DNA of 63,364 nt, filler included, from Olpidium bornovanus S191 (taxonomy: Eukaryota > Fungi > Olpidiomycota): NCBI GenBank assembly GCA_017911155.1. It is 32 parts of 32 records of this genome, joined end to end, with 100 filler letters (N's around TTAATTAATTAA, not from the genome) between each part and the next. Parts side by side here need not be neighbours in the genome. Positions count along the whole stretch, not along the records: positions 25,746 to 28,617 come from JAEFCI010002825.1; positions 28,718 to 30,771 come from JAEFCI010006074.1; positions 30,872 to 34,173 come from JAEFCI010004660.1; positions 34,274 to 36,054 come from JAEFCI010006581.1; 28 more parts are not named here. One strand, written 5' to 3'. Of this stretch, positions 25,746 through 36,154 are shown one piece after another. A program made the translations under genes and the position numbers. The notes below the pieces were generated by a model. The model was given only the letters and a program-made list of their open reading frames with translations. It had not been told where the DNA came from and made no database searches. The first letter of the stretch is position 1. Every line of letters starts with the position of its first letter.

Positions 25746-26664
25746 GGAGGGAAACCAGCGTGGAGTTTTGCGGTGGAACGTTAGTGGCTGTTTCCGTGCC
25801 TGGTGCTAAGAAGTGGAGTGTGAATATTGTAGATTCGCTCACGACGTTTTCCGTCGCACAGTCATGTCGCTAAGACCGGAGACATTAAGCACTTCGGCTT
25901 GATCGAGGAGACCGCTGTGGCGAAGGGCATCCGTCGCATTGTCGCCGTAACGGGCGAGGAGGCGCAGGAGGCAGCACGAGTGGCCGACGAGTTCCTGTCG
26001 CGACTTGAGTACCTCTCCTCTCTCGAGTTTTCTCTCGAGCTCGAGAATGCCCTCAAGGAGGTCGGCAAAGAGCTCGATGCGCTGCAAATTTCAGCTGGCC
26101 GCAAGGCCGAGTTCCGTGAGCGCTACGCCGAAGTGAAGAAGAAATTCGACGACAGGGATAAAGCGCGGAAGGCAGCGGAAGTCAAGGAGGCTGTTGACGA
26201 AATCAAACGGCTTCTCGAAGAGAGGGAGAAGGAAGAGGTTGTCGTCGTCGAGTTGAAAGTTGGTGCAGGAAATGCCAAGGCCCTTGCAGCCGCTGTCCAG
26301 CACGGCAAAGCACTGGGCTCCAAAGCGATGTACCTTTTCAGCATTGATAAGAATAAAGGAGTTGTGACGCACAGCTGTGTCGTCCCCAAGGTATGCACAC
26401 AGCCGGGGACGAAACGGGCTTTCCATGCGCCTTCTCTCCTCTCTGACTTTCAAACTGTGTGTAATGTTTGCTTGCAAACTTTTGCAGGACCTCATCGGCA
26501 AGGGCCTCAAAGCTACCGAGTGGTCGGGTGCTGTAGTCGAGATCTTGGGCGGCAAGCGCGGCGGCAAGGACGACGCCGCCCAAGGTTCGGGTACCAACAT
26601 CGAAGCGGTTGACGAGGCCGTCCGGTTGGCTGAGGAATTTGCGAAAATGAAAATCGGGAAATGA
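25746..26664 (+). CDS. ALA1: Alanyl-tRNA synthetase, C-terminal part (editing/SAD and DHHA1)
   Basis: SVEFCGGT|HVAKTGDI..EETAVAKGIRRIVAVTGEEA; GGKRGGKDDAAQGSG; introns about 25780-25861 and 26391-26487. Confidence 0.96.
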
Positions 26665-27411
26665 TGGTACGAAGGGAAAACGAGGACCAAGTTGATATTT
26701 CCTTTTGCTCCAGTCATTTTTTTATGTCATGTCCCGAATTAATCAAAATCCGACTAGTTTCGCCGGCCACACCTGCCCCCGACGACCCCGTTACCGTTTA
26801 GATGTTGCAGCGGATGGTTTTGCAGGCGGTATGCCTCCCCCCTCCCCCGGCGACTTAATTTTACTGCTGTTCCGCGGCTGCATGCTGTCCTGTGTATTTG
26901 CGGAGATTTCGCGTGACGTTGTGGAATTTGTCCGTGCGCCCTAGCAAACCCGTGTGATCGGCGCCAATTTTTCACGATTGCGACGACCATTATCCCAGGA
27001 CCGCTGCTCCGCATCGGGATTTCAAGTCTTCCCCGTTCGGTCTTATGTGCTTATGTGCCACTTATCGTGGCACATTTGCCACGAAATACGAAAGTGCCAT
27101 TTATTCACCATTCCCGGCTCGTAAAATTGTACCGCTACCCTGCCTTTTTTTGGCGGAGGTAACACTGCCCCGACCCAGGCTTTTTTTTTTTCTTTTCGGC
27201 GGAAGCGGCAAAAAGGGGCAGCAGAAGAAGGCGGCTTTTTTTCGCAGGTCACGTGAACCGGATGAGGGACATGCCCTCAAGCGAAAAACCCGCGCGCCCC
27301 CTTTCAACCCACCTTCGTCTCTCTCCCGGGACGGCCGAACCGCGATCGCGCCCACGACTGGAACCCGCGTCTGGCGGACACCCGCCTCCTTGCCTGCAAC
27401 ACGCCGCACCC

Positions 27412-28559
27412 ATGGCGACGACCATGGTCCGGCCGAGGGTCTTCTTCGACATAGACATAGACGGGATCAGGGCCGGCAGGATTGTGATGGAGCTGTTCGC
27501 CGACGAGGTGAGGGGCGCTCTCGGAACCGCGGCTCCTTCGCCGCGTTTTTCGCGCGCCCGCCCGCTCCTCCGCCCAGGCATGTTGCGGCTGCTGCGGCTC
27601 GCTCGCTTTTGCCCGCCCTGTCCCCCCACCCCACCCCACCCCACACCGCGCGCGCGCGCGGGAGACCTGCTTGGCTGCGCGGGACGGTGCTGATATGACT
27701 GAAGGCAAGGAGCTTGCGGTTAACGTGTTCTCCGACTCGTTTGTTGCAGGTACCCCGGACAGCCGACAACTTCCGCTTCCTGTGCACGGGCGAAAAGGTT
27801 CGGTAGACCACCCGACGCCGTCTTTGCGCGCCCGCGGGCTTCGACGCGGCTTCGCCGAGCCATCTTCGGGGAAGGGGGAAGGGGGGCGGAGATGGGAGGG
27901 GAAAGGACCAAACGCTGCAAAAAGTGCAGATCCGCTTAGGCTAGGAACCCGTGTACGCTGCCTTTTTTTTCCCCCGCTACGCAGGGCATGGGCAAGGTCA
28001 GCGGCGTCCCGCTTCACTACCGAGGGTCGATTTTCCATCGGTGAGGGCGCACGAGCCCGACTTTTTTTTTTTTTTTTTTTTTTTTCATTTCGCCCGTGCT
28101 CCGTGCCGCGTCTCATCCTTTCACGTGCTGTACGATTTGTCAAGGGTTATCAGAGGCTTCATGGTGCAAGGAGGCGGTGCGTGGCCACGGTCCTTTTCAG
28201 GCGCGAGGGTCCCGCGCCGGCGACGCCGTCTGGAGCGCGCGGCTCGCCGCTAACCGCGAGCGAACCTGGTTTTGCTCGAAGATATCACGCACCGGACTGG
28301 GGTCGGCGGAGAGTCCGCGCTTGGAAAGCAGAAATTTGACGGTGGGTCCCGGGCCGTCACCGAAACGCGGCGGGCACCCTCGTCCGGCTTCGTGGATGGA
28401 CGATATAATCTAGGCTCTCCCACATTTACCGTTTACGTCGCGCGATCACGCAGACGAGTCTCTGGCGCGCCCGCATGACATAGAGTATGTTCTGTCCATG
28501 GCAAACAGGGGACCGAATACGAACAGCTCACAGTTCTTCATTACGTGCCGCCCGTGCCC
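27412..28559 (+). CDS. Cyclophilin-type peptidyl-prolyl isomerase, N-terminal domain (PPIG/CypD-like), partial
   Basis: Short exons [78 protein letters not shown]. Confidence 0.93.
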
Positions 28560-29551
28560 GTGAGTGGTTTTTTTTTGTTGTTTTGGCTCGTCCGCCTCGC
28601 CCTTGAAACGTCGCTGANNNNNNNNNNNNNNNNNNNNNNNNNNNNNNNNNNNNNNNNNNNNTTAATTAATTAANNNNNNNNNNNNNNNNNNNNNNNNNNN
28701 NNNNNNNNNNNNNNNNNCATGTTACCGAGCAGAGTGGGGGGTAATTCCTGCACAGGTGAAAAAGAGCAGGGAAAACCTTCCCAATTCGATGTTGTTCCCA
28801 GAATCGGTCGCGGGGCGCGAAGCGCAAGACGTTTCCTCGTCGAGGCAGTCCATAATTATATCCGCAATTCGCGTTTCGCCCACGCGGACACCCGCGCGCG
28901 ATGGCAGACAGATCCATCGGGCGAGCTGGCCTGTGGTTGCGCGTGCGTGCCCCTCTGCTCCCCTTCTCCTTCCCCTCTCATTTCATTCTGCCTCACATCT
29001 CCCCCCCCCCTCCCTTCATTCCAGCGCTTCTAATTCCTCCAGGGCTTGCTGCGTGATCCCTGGCACAGGTTGTTCAGAAAGGCTCAAACGGCGCACGGGT
29101 CAAGGGAAGGAAGGCGTCGTGCCACTCCGCGAGCGAGATCGAAGAAAAACGGCCCGTTTTCTCAATATTATTTCATGGTTTTATTTATTTTTTTTGCTTT
29201 GACGGTAAAGAGGGCCTGCGGGCAAAGAGAACGCTTTTTGAATTCTGTGTACTGTCGGCCCGGCGGCGTGTCGGGCGGTTGGCGGTCACCGGACATTCCA
29301 CCAGCCAATTGGCGAAGGGAGCGTTGGCGACCGTAGTTTCGCTCCCTGAATTGATCAACGCCTCGAGACTGTCCGGCCGTGTCCTGGAAGTCACATCGGC
29401 TCGCGGGCAGCTCAAAGCCCAAACGCCCGTCCCAGCACACGCGAAGGGCCCTCTGGTTCCGGCACTCGAATCGCGTCGACACGCGCGGCGCCTTGCGCCT
29501 TGGCCGGCCGTGGCTCGTTATCCTCCTCGTCGATCCCTGTCCACTCTGACT

Positions 29552-29845
29552 CTGTTCTCTACCGGTCGCGTGACGGGCTCGCGGAAGCGGGTTTCCACAA
29601 GCCGGAAAACAAGATGCGTTTCGCAAGGTGTGCTATCTACCGGTCACGCGACGGGTTCGCCGAAGCGGGCCTTTAACAAGCCAGAAAATAAGACGCGTGT
29701 TGCAAGGTGTGCTATCTACCGGCCAGGTGACCGGTTTGCGGAAGCGTGTCCCCACAAACCGGAAAATAAGACGCGTGCTGCAAGCTGTGCTATCTACCGG
29801 TCACGTGCCAGGCTCGCAGAGGCCTGTCCCCACAAATCGGAAAAG
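29552..29845. repeat. Minisatellite, about 4 x 78-79 bp
   Basis: TCTACCGG anchors (A at 29561, 29639, 29718, 29796); shared GGAAAATAAGACGCGTG..GCAAG.TGTGCTATCTACCGG. Confidence 0.92.
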
Positions 29846-29925
29846 AATAACCCTACGGGGAACGACGGTCTAACTAGCTTGGTGTGCGTTCCCATCGCAC
29901 TGACACTGGCGGTATGCGTTTGCGG

Positions 29926-30769
29926 TCATCTCGAAAACGAGTGTCTTCTTGCCGACTCGGTTAAGCCGTAGTTCACGAAGGACCTCGGGGACGGCCATCG
30001 GATCGGTTCGACACTGAGAGACTTGATTGCCTGCCGCCGGTAGTTGTCGACCAGGTCGCCCACGTTGGCGGTCTGGAGAAGGACGGCAGCGCAGAGATGG
30101 GCTGCGCCCCGACCAAACAGGTCACCAGGCATGTTGTTGCCTTCCAACATCGCAGAGGAGGATGGGATGGACGCCTGCAGCGTCTCGAGCGAGGGCTGGA
30201 AGTAGGCCAGTGCACGAGCTTGGTGCTGCAGTGCCGCCAGCAAGCCCTCCAAACTTCTTTTCCACTTGTTTCCTTGTCGCCGTCAGCCTGGAGGAGTCCT
30301 TCTTGTTTGCGACAGGAACTTGACGGAAGAGGGCCTCGGGGAGCCGCAGGGAAACCTTCCCGGAGAGCCCAGCGTAGAGTCGTCCGCGGCGGACAAGGCG
30401 CTCTTGCAACTCCTCTGAGAGGACTGTGTTGAGTGGTCGGTCCGGGAGGACGAAGGCCAAGGCCTCTGGGAGAGTGTCGCCGACCGTCCGGTCGCCCTCA
30501 TCCTCAGACTCAGAGTCGCTTAGAACAAGTCTTTCTACGACTGTGGTGTTGGTCTTTTCGAGGTTGCCCGTGAAGAGGGCCTTGGCGTCATCGTCGTCGT
30601 CTGAGACCGCCACACGTTTGGCCACCTTCAGCTCCAGTTCCAGCTTCTCATTCTCTAGCTCTGCGATACGCAGTTTTGCCTGGAGCAACTCCACCTCTGC
30701 GAAGGGAGGTGTAAGGGCTGGCGCCGGCGTAGATGCCGCCGGGGGTGCCGCCGAAGGTGCCGTGGACAT
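29926..30769 (-). pseudogene. Intronless coiled-coil/acidic ORF broken by one frameshift near 30255; possible retroelement gag-like protein
   Basis: ORF 30769-30122 continues naturally into ORF 30252-29926 if one T of AAG-TTT-GGAG is removed (KKLEGLLAALQHQARAL); no splice signals; family not established. Confidence 0.35.
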
Positions 30770-30951
30770 GGNNNNNNNNNNNNNNNNNNNNNNNNNNNNN
30801 NNNNNNNNNNNNNNNTTAATTAATTAANNNNNNNNNNNNNNNNNNNNNNNNNNNNNNNNNNNNNNNNNNNNCTGAAACTGAGGAGAGCGAAGCGGCGTTT
30901 CCAAGTTCAGCCATTGATATGATTGCTGAACATGAGAAAAGCGGAAAGGCG

Positions 30952-31590
30952 GTGCCGCGCTCCACTCTAGATATGCCTGCTCAAACTGAGAAAGGCGAAG
31001 CGGCGGTTTCGAGCTCGGCATTTGAAATAACGGAGACGGTAGTGGAAGGGACATAATACGCGTTGGCGGAGCGCACAACCCATGGTTCGCTTGATCATCA
31101 TAACAACCGTCGTCCTTCTTGCGGCAGAGTGGTTCCTCTGTCTCACTTGTGCATATGGACATCGAACTTGGCGCCGACCGTGCAGGCTGAGGCCCCGAAA
31201 ATTCGGCCGGAGACTTCGAGTCGTTCGGAGGCAGCGGTCGGTCGCCCTCCTTCTTGCTGTCGACTGGTCCTTCCGGCGCGGGCTGTGCCGCGCTCCACTG
31301 TAGATATGCCTGCTCAAACTGAGAAGAGCGAACCATTTGAAATAACAGAGACGGTTGTGGAAAGGACGTAATAGGCATTGGCGGAGCGCACAACCCATGG
31401 TTCGCTTAATCATCAAAACGACCGTCGTCCTTCTTGTGGCAGAGTGGTTCCTCTGTCTCGCTTGTGCATATGGACATTGAACTTAGCGCCGACTGTGCGG
31501 GCTGAGGCCCCGAAGATCCGGCCGGAGACTTTGAGTCATTCAGAGGCAGCGGTCGGTCGCCCTCCTTCTTGCTGTCGACTGGTCCTTCCG
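30952..31590. repeat. Diverged tandem duplication, 2 x about 315-333 bp, plus a partial third copy at 30872
   Basis: GTGCCGCGCTCCACT at 30952 and 31285; CATGGTTCGCTT at 31081 and 31396; 18-nt indel between copies. Confidence 0.95.
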
Positions 31591-31779
31591 CCGCGCATCC
31601 GGGTATAGACTTTGAGCCTGGCGGCGACGGTGCAAACTGACGACCTCAAAATTTCAGTTAACGGTATCGAGTCGTTGGGAAACAACGAGCTGATGCTGGT
31701 GGAAGAGGCATGGCGTGCTGCGGTGGGCACAGGTGCCGGCATCCGATGATCTGCCCTCACCGTGTCTGCCAAGACGCGA

Positions 31780-32121
31780 CAATATTTGTGGTCGTCTGTC
31801 GGCCCCAGCTTCTTAAAAATGTGGTCCACCGTAGCTTGCCGTGTACGCGAAACTTGCAGTTTGCGCTTGACGTCTGCCCGCACGCGTGCGGGCGCTTTCC
31901 TATTATTGACCATATGGTCAGCGCAAATGAATACGTGCAACTAGCCCGGCAGATGATGTGAAGTTCCTTCGCGTTTACCCGAAAAGAATAACTACGGCAC
32001 GTTTGCTGGTTTCTCTCACGAATTCGCTCAGATCCTCGAGCATATCAATTAGGTTTTGCGTGAACGGCTGTATCAGAAATTCGGGAATCTGCCTGACACA
32101 TCGAATCAGCAAGAGAATTGC
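31780..32121 (-). CDS. STU1: CLASP/Stu1 first TOG-domain HEAT repeats, internal exons
   Basis: FLIQPFTQNLIDMLEDLSEFVRETSKRAVVILFG | ARVRADVKRKLQVSRTRQATVDHIFKKLG resembles fungal Stu1 (LED.D..VRE.A...VVELF / ARADLKKEL...VRK.IVD.IL.KL) as recalled. Confidence 0.55.
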
Positions 32122-32469
32122 CTGCATGTGAAAGAAGATGTCAGCCCTTTCCCGCCTCGCAAGACAGCGGCAAGTCGGGGGAGGAGGTGGGCGGGGGGGC
32201 GCGGGGGCGGGGGGAGGTGGGCGGGGGAGGTGGGGGGAAGGGCACGTTCGGGCTGAGTATAAATTTGACGCTGAGAGAGAGACAGACGGGAGAGAGAGAG
32301 GGGGCAACGCGCACACGTGAAAAAAACCGTCGCCGTGTTCCTCTTCCTGCTGCCCCGCCCCGCCCCGCCCCGCAGCCCCCCCCGTCTTTCCCCGCCCGGT
32401 TCCCCCCCGCTTCAAACACCGCCCCGGAACACGGGCCTCTCTTTTTTTTCTTCTTCTTCTTCTTCTTTC

Positions 32470-32514
<45 letters not shown>

Positions 32515-33877
32515 GAATTCACGTTGAACTCTTTCCGAGAAGCACTTGGATTACGCCTCGCGAAACTGTCGGCCGTTTGCCATTTCATGCCCCGCGTGAA
32601 AGGCGCGCGTCCACGTCCCCCCCCGTTGAGCGGGTGTTGGATTTTGCGCTGGAGCCAACGCCCTGAATCGCGCAACAAAAGATACCGACTGACTGCGCAG
32701 AACGTCTTGCTGTGACGACGCAGTAAATCAAATCATGAAGATGTTCACGATCCTGAACTCGGCGGAACACCTCATCCCATCTGCGATGGTGCCGGCAGAT
32801 AACCGGGGGGGGGGGGCGGTCGTGGCTTATCGAGCGAGCCCCACCGGCGCACGAAAAAAAAAAAAAGTGTCGCAAGAACTTCGCGAACACGATAAAGACA
32901 CGGCAGGCCCAATGATGCTTGCCACCGGCGTGTGTGCCACGGCTTTGAACAGCGTCTTTGTCGTTGCTTGCTCTTTAACCTCAACCTCCTCGTCCGCCAA
33001 CTTCAGAGCGCGATTTGAAGAACTTTGCGGGAAATATCCGCCCGAATCTCGCTGTGCTGAATGAGAAAGGGATCTGTGCTTTCGCACAACAGGGAGGGGG
33101 GGGGGGGGGGCGGGGGGAGGAGGGGCCGGGAGGAGTGAGCAACCTAGTCGTGGCCCACCTCTTTTTTTGGTTTTTTTTATTTTTATTTTTTTTTTTCCGG
33201 ACCCGGCGGGTTGGAAACATCCCGCCCGCTATTCCCGGGGTTTCTCTCTCCTGCGCCCCGGCGAACGGCTTGGGGCGACGGACCCCCGCGAACAACTGGC
33301 CGTTCCCGCCGATGTGGGGGGACTGGGAGGGCGCCGGCCGTCGAAGCATGGCCGAGATGCCCCGAGGGGCGAGGTCACGGGCGGCGCTGCCGCAAGCGCA
33401 TAGGATACGCCGGCGGACAAATTCGGGTGCTGCTGCGGGTTCCGCCCGCGTTAAGGCCTCGTTCTCGGCCGCTGCCGCATGGGGTGTCCCGCCCCAGCCC
33501 TCCCCGTCCCCGTGTGGACAGCAATGACCATCTTCCCCGCGTGGTGGCCCGTCTCAAACACCGGCTGGGTCGCTGCGGGAGGTACGGTGTGGTGCCGCGG
33601 GAAAAATTTCCGCGGTCGGTTTTGTAACTGTTACAGGAAGTCCCGCACAGCTTTTTTTTGCTGTCGTTTTTTTTTCCTTTTTTTTCATTTCGAAACACCG
33701 CCACCCCAACGCCGCCCGTCGCTCGCGCTCTACGCTAGAACAGAGAGTCCCCCCACCCCACTCCAACCCACCCCCGCCGTCGTCATCCCTCACAACAACA
33801 ACCCCCACTTCCTCCACTCGAACTTTTCGCCCTTCCAAAAACGAGAGAGAGAGGGAGAAAGAGAGGCGACGTCCGGG

Positions 33878-34072
33878 CTATCTAAGTTCGGCCCTCGTCG
33901 GCGCGAGGTCGAGCTTGGCAAACCGCGCCTCGTCGAAAAAACGCGCGGTGACCACGCGCCCGCCGAAGAACCGGCCGTTCAGAAACGAGAAGGCCTTTTC
34001 CGCCGCCGCAGCCGTGGAAAACTGGACGAATATGCGGACCGCTTCCTCCAGTGGGACCTGGCCTTTCGGGAC
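33878..34072 (-). CDS. SPF45: Splicing factor SPF45/RBM17, last exon (UHM domain)
   Basis: EEAVRIFVQF....AEKAFSFLNGRFFGGRVVTARFFDEARFAKLDLAP. Confidence 0.85.
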   Translation of the reverse strand, partial: VPKGQVPLEEAVRIFVQFSTAAAAEKAFSFLNGRFFGGRVVTARFFDEARFAKLDLAPTRAELR

Positions 34073-34074
34073 CT

Positions 34075-34114
<40 letters not shown>

Positions 34115-35491
34115 AAAAAACCCCCCCCCCCCCCCCGCCCCCACCCCCCCCCCCCCCAAAAAAAAAAAAAAAANNNNNNNNNNNNNNNNNNNNNNNNNNN
34201 NNNNNNNNNNNNNNNNNTTAATTAATTAANNNNNNNNNNNNNNNNNNNNNNNNNNNNNNNNNNNNNNNNNNNNTCTTTTGGCTCTTGTAACTTTGGGGGG
34301 TCTTCGCCCGGGGCCTGATTGTTGCGTTTGCAGAGATCTTGACGGCGGTCTGATTGAGAATGGCTTCTCGCTTCTTGCCGACTTCGTAGGCATGTTGAAG
34401 ATCTCTTATGCATCGGTGTACAGTCACTCCTGTTGAATTTGTAGCAAGACCCACGCCGTTGCGACCGATTCCCCGGTTATCTGGTGCCACAGGCCCAAGG
34501 CTTCTCTCCAGATCTCGGCCGCGGCCGAGCATCCAAAGAATAGATGACGGTGCGGAAGAAAAAAAAACGTGACGGCGGAAACCTCTGTTAAAAGAATTCA
34601 ACCAGAGGAGCTTATCTTCCGACCGCCCGTGCCATTTGGAGAAGAGACAGGCGGCATTGGAGATGAAGTCCGCCGAGACACGAGAGAAAGCCGCAGGAAA
34701 AAAATTAATCAGAGACGCGTCGGGCAGAAAAGTAAGCTGCTACCGGTAAAACGCGACAATTTGGTTGGGGGGAAATAAAAAGAGTAAATAATGAAACCCC
34801 TCGCTCGAGAAAGCAGTTCACCGCAACCTTCCAATTCGAAACCCCCTCTCCCCCCCTGCTCACCCGAGCCGCCCTCGAACAAAGAGAAAGAAACAGCCGC
34901 AGAGGTCGTTTTACGCTTCCTTTTACCGCCGGGTTCTTGCTGCGGAGACAGACGATTGCGGAATGTCACGAAGGGAAGGGGGGGGGTGGTTGGGGTCTTG
35001 GGTAAAGAAAAGTTCCAGCCGACCGATACTAGCACCCCAGCGGTCGCCGCTTAGAGGGCTGCCCACAAGGCGTGTGCTCCGTGCCGAGTCTGCACATACA
35101 AGGAAGGAATAAACCATCTTGGACGCGCGGGACTAGGCGTTGGATTAGGAATTTCCAGATTGTCTGGTGACATCGGATGTCACGCGTGTTCGTCACAGCC
35201 ACCCGAAAGTGCGCGCAACTGGGACATCGCCCTTTTTATCGAAGCCCCGGACGCGGGGAGGGGAGATCTTCCAGTTTTTCTTCAGAAACCAAGCGCGAGC
35301 CCACCGGGCAGTCATCGACTGGACGAGTGTGTTACCGATACTTAAGGCCATTGCCCACGAAGAGACCGATTCGATTGGGTCTGGGCTCGGTTTCAAAACC
35401 CTGGCCAGAGTGTTCTCGTTCATCACCTTGCGCGACATGTCCGCAAATTCTCCGGCCGCTTTTCGTCGGGAGGTCGCGGAGGTTTGGCCGG

Positions 35492-35564
35492 CCGGACATT
35501 CGCCGGACATTCGCCGGACATTCGACCAACCGGCCGGACATTCGCCGGACATTCGACCAACCGG
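35492..35564. repeat. 11-bp unit CCGGACATTCG x5, arranged as a 31-bp higher-order duplication
   Basis: Units at 35492, 35503, 35514, 35534 and 35545; ACCAACCGG spacer occurs twice. Confidence 0.93.
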
Positions 35565-35617
35565 CGCCACCGGGACCGTCCCTGAGAATTCCCGGGAGTT
35601 TCCGGGAGTTTTTTCCG

Positions 35618-35663
<46 letters not shown>

Positions 35664-35838
35664 CCGTTTGTAGATTTGTAAAAACGAAAACCGGCCTTTC
35701 CCCACCATTTCACAACCGCCCCGCCCCGAAACATTCCACCCACCAACGTGCCAACGACACCTCGACTCGGCTTTTGATTCTTCCCCTGCACCTTCCCACG
35801 CACATCCCGTTCCCGCCCCTTCGCGACAAGCTCTCGTT

Positions 35839-35892
35839 ATGGCGTCAGAGTCGTTCGAGCACTTCGGCACCCTCGCCGTCCACGCCGGCCAG
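35839..35892 (+). CDS. CYS3: Cystathionine gamma-lyase-like enzyme, first exon
   Basis: MASESFEHFGTLAVHAGQ followed by a GTAACC donor; typical Cys/Met PLP-enzyme N-terminus. Confidence 0.65.
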
Positions 35893-35908
35893 GTAACCCG
35901 CCCGGCGG

Positions 35909-35950
<42 letters not shown>

Positions 35951-35960
35951 CCCCCCCCCC

Positions 35961-36023
<63 letters not shown>

Positions 36024-36154
36024 CGCAAAAAAAAAAAAAAAAAAAACCACAACANNNNNNNNNNNNNNNNNNNNNNNNNNNNNNNNNNNNNNNNNNNNTT
36101 AATTAATTAANNNNNNNNNNNNNNNNNNNNNNNNNNNNNNNNNNNNNNNNNNNN

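Noticed and set aside
34410-34560. HLFFGCSAAAEIW as the zinc finger of a LINE (zf-RVT)
   Set aside because: The upstream CxxC and RT are absent, and another frame with splice-like signals is equally plausible.
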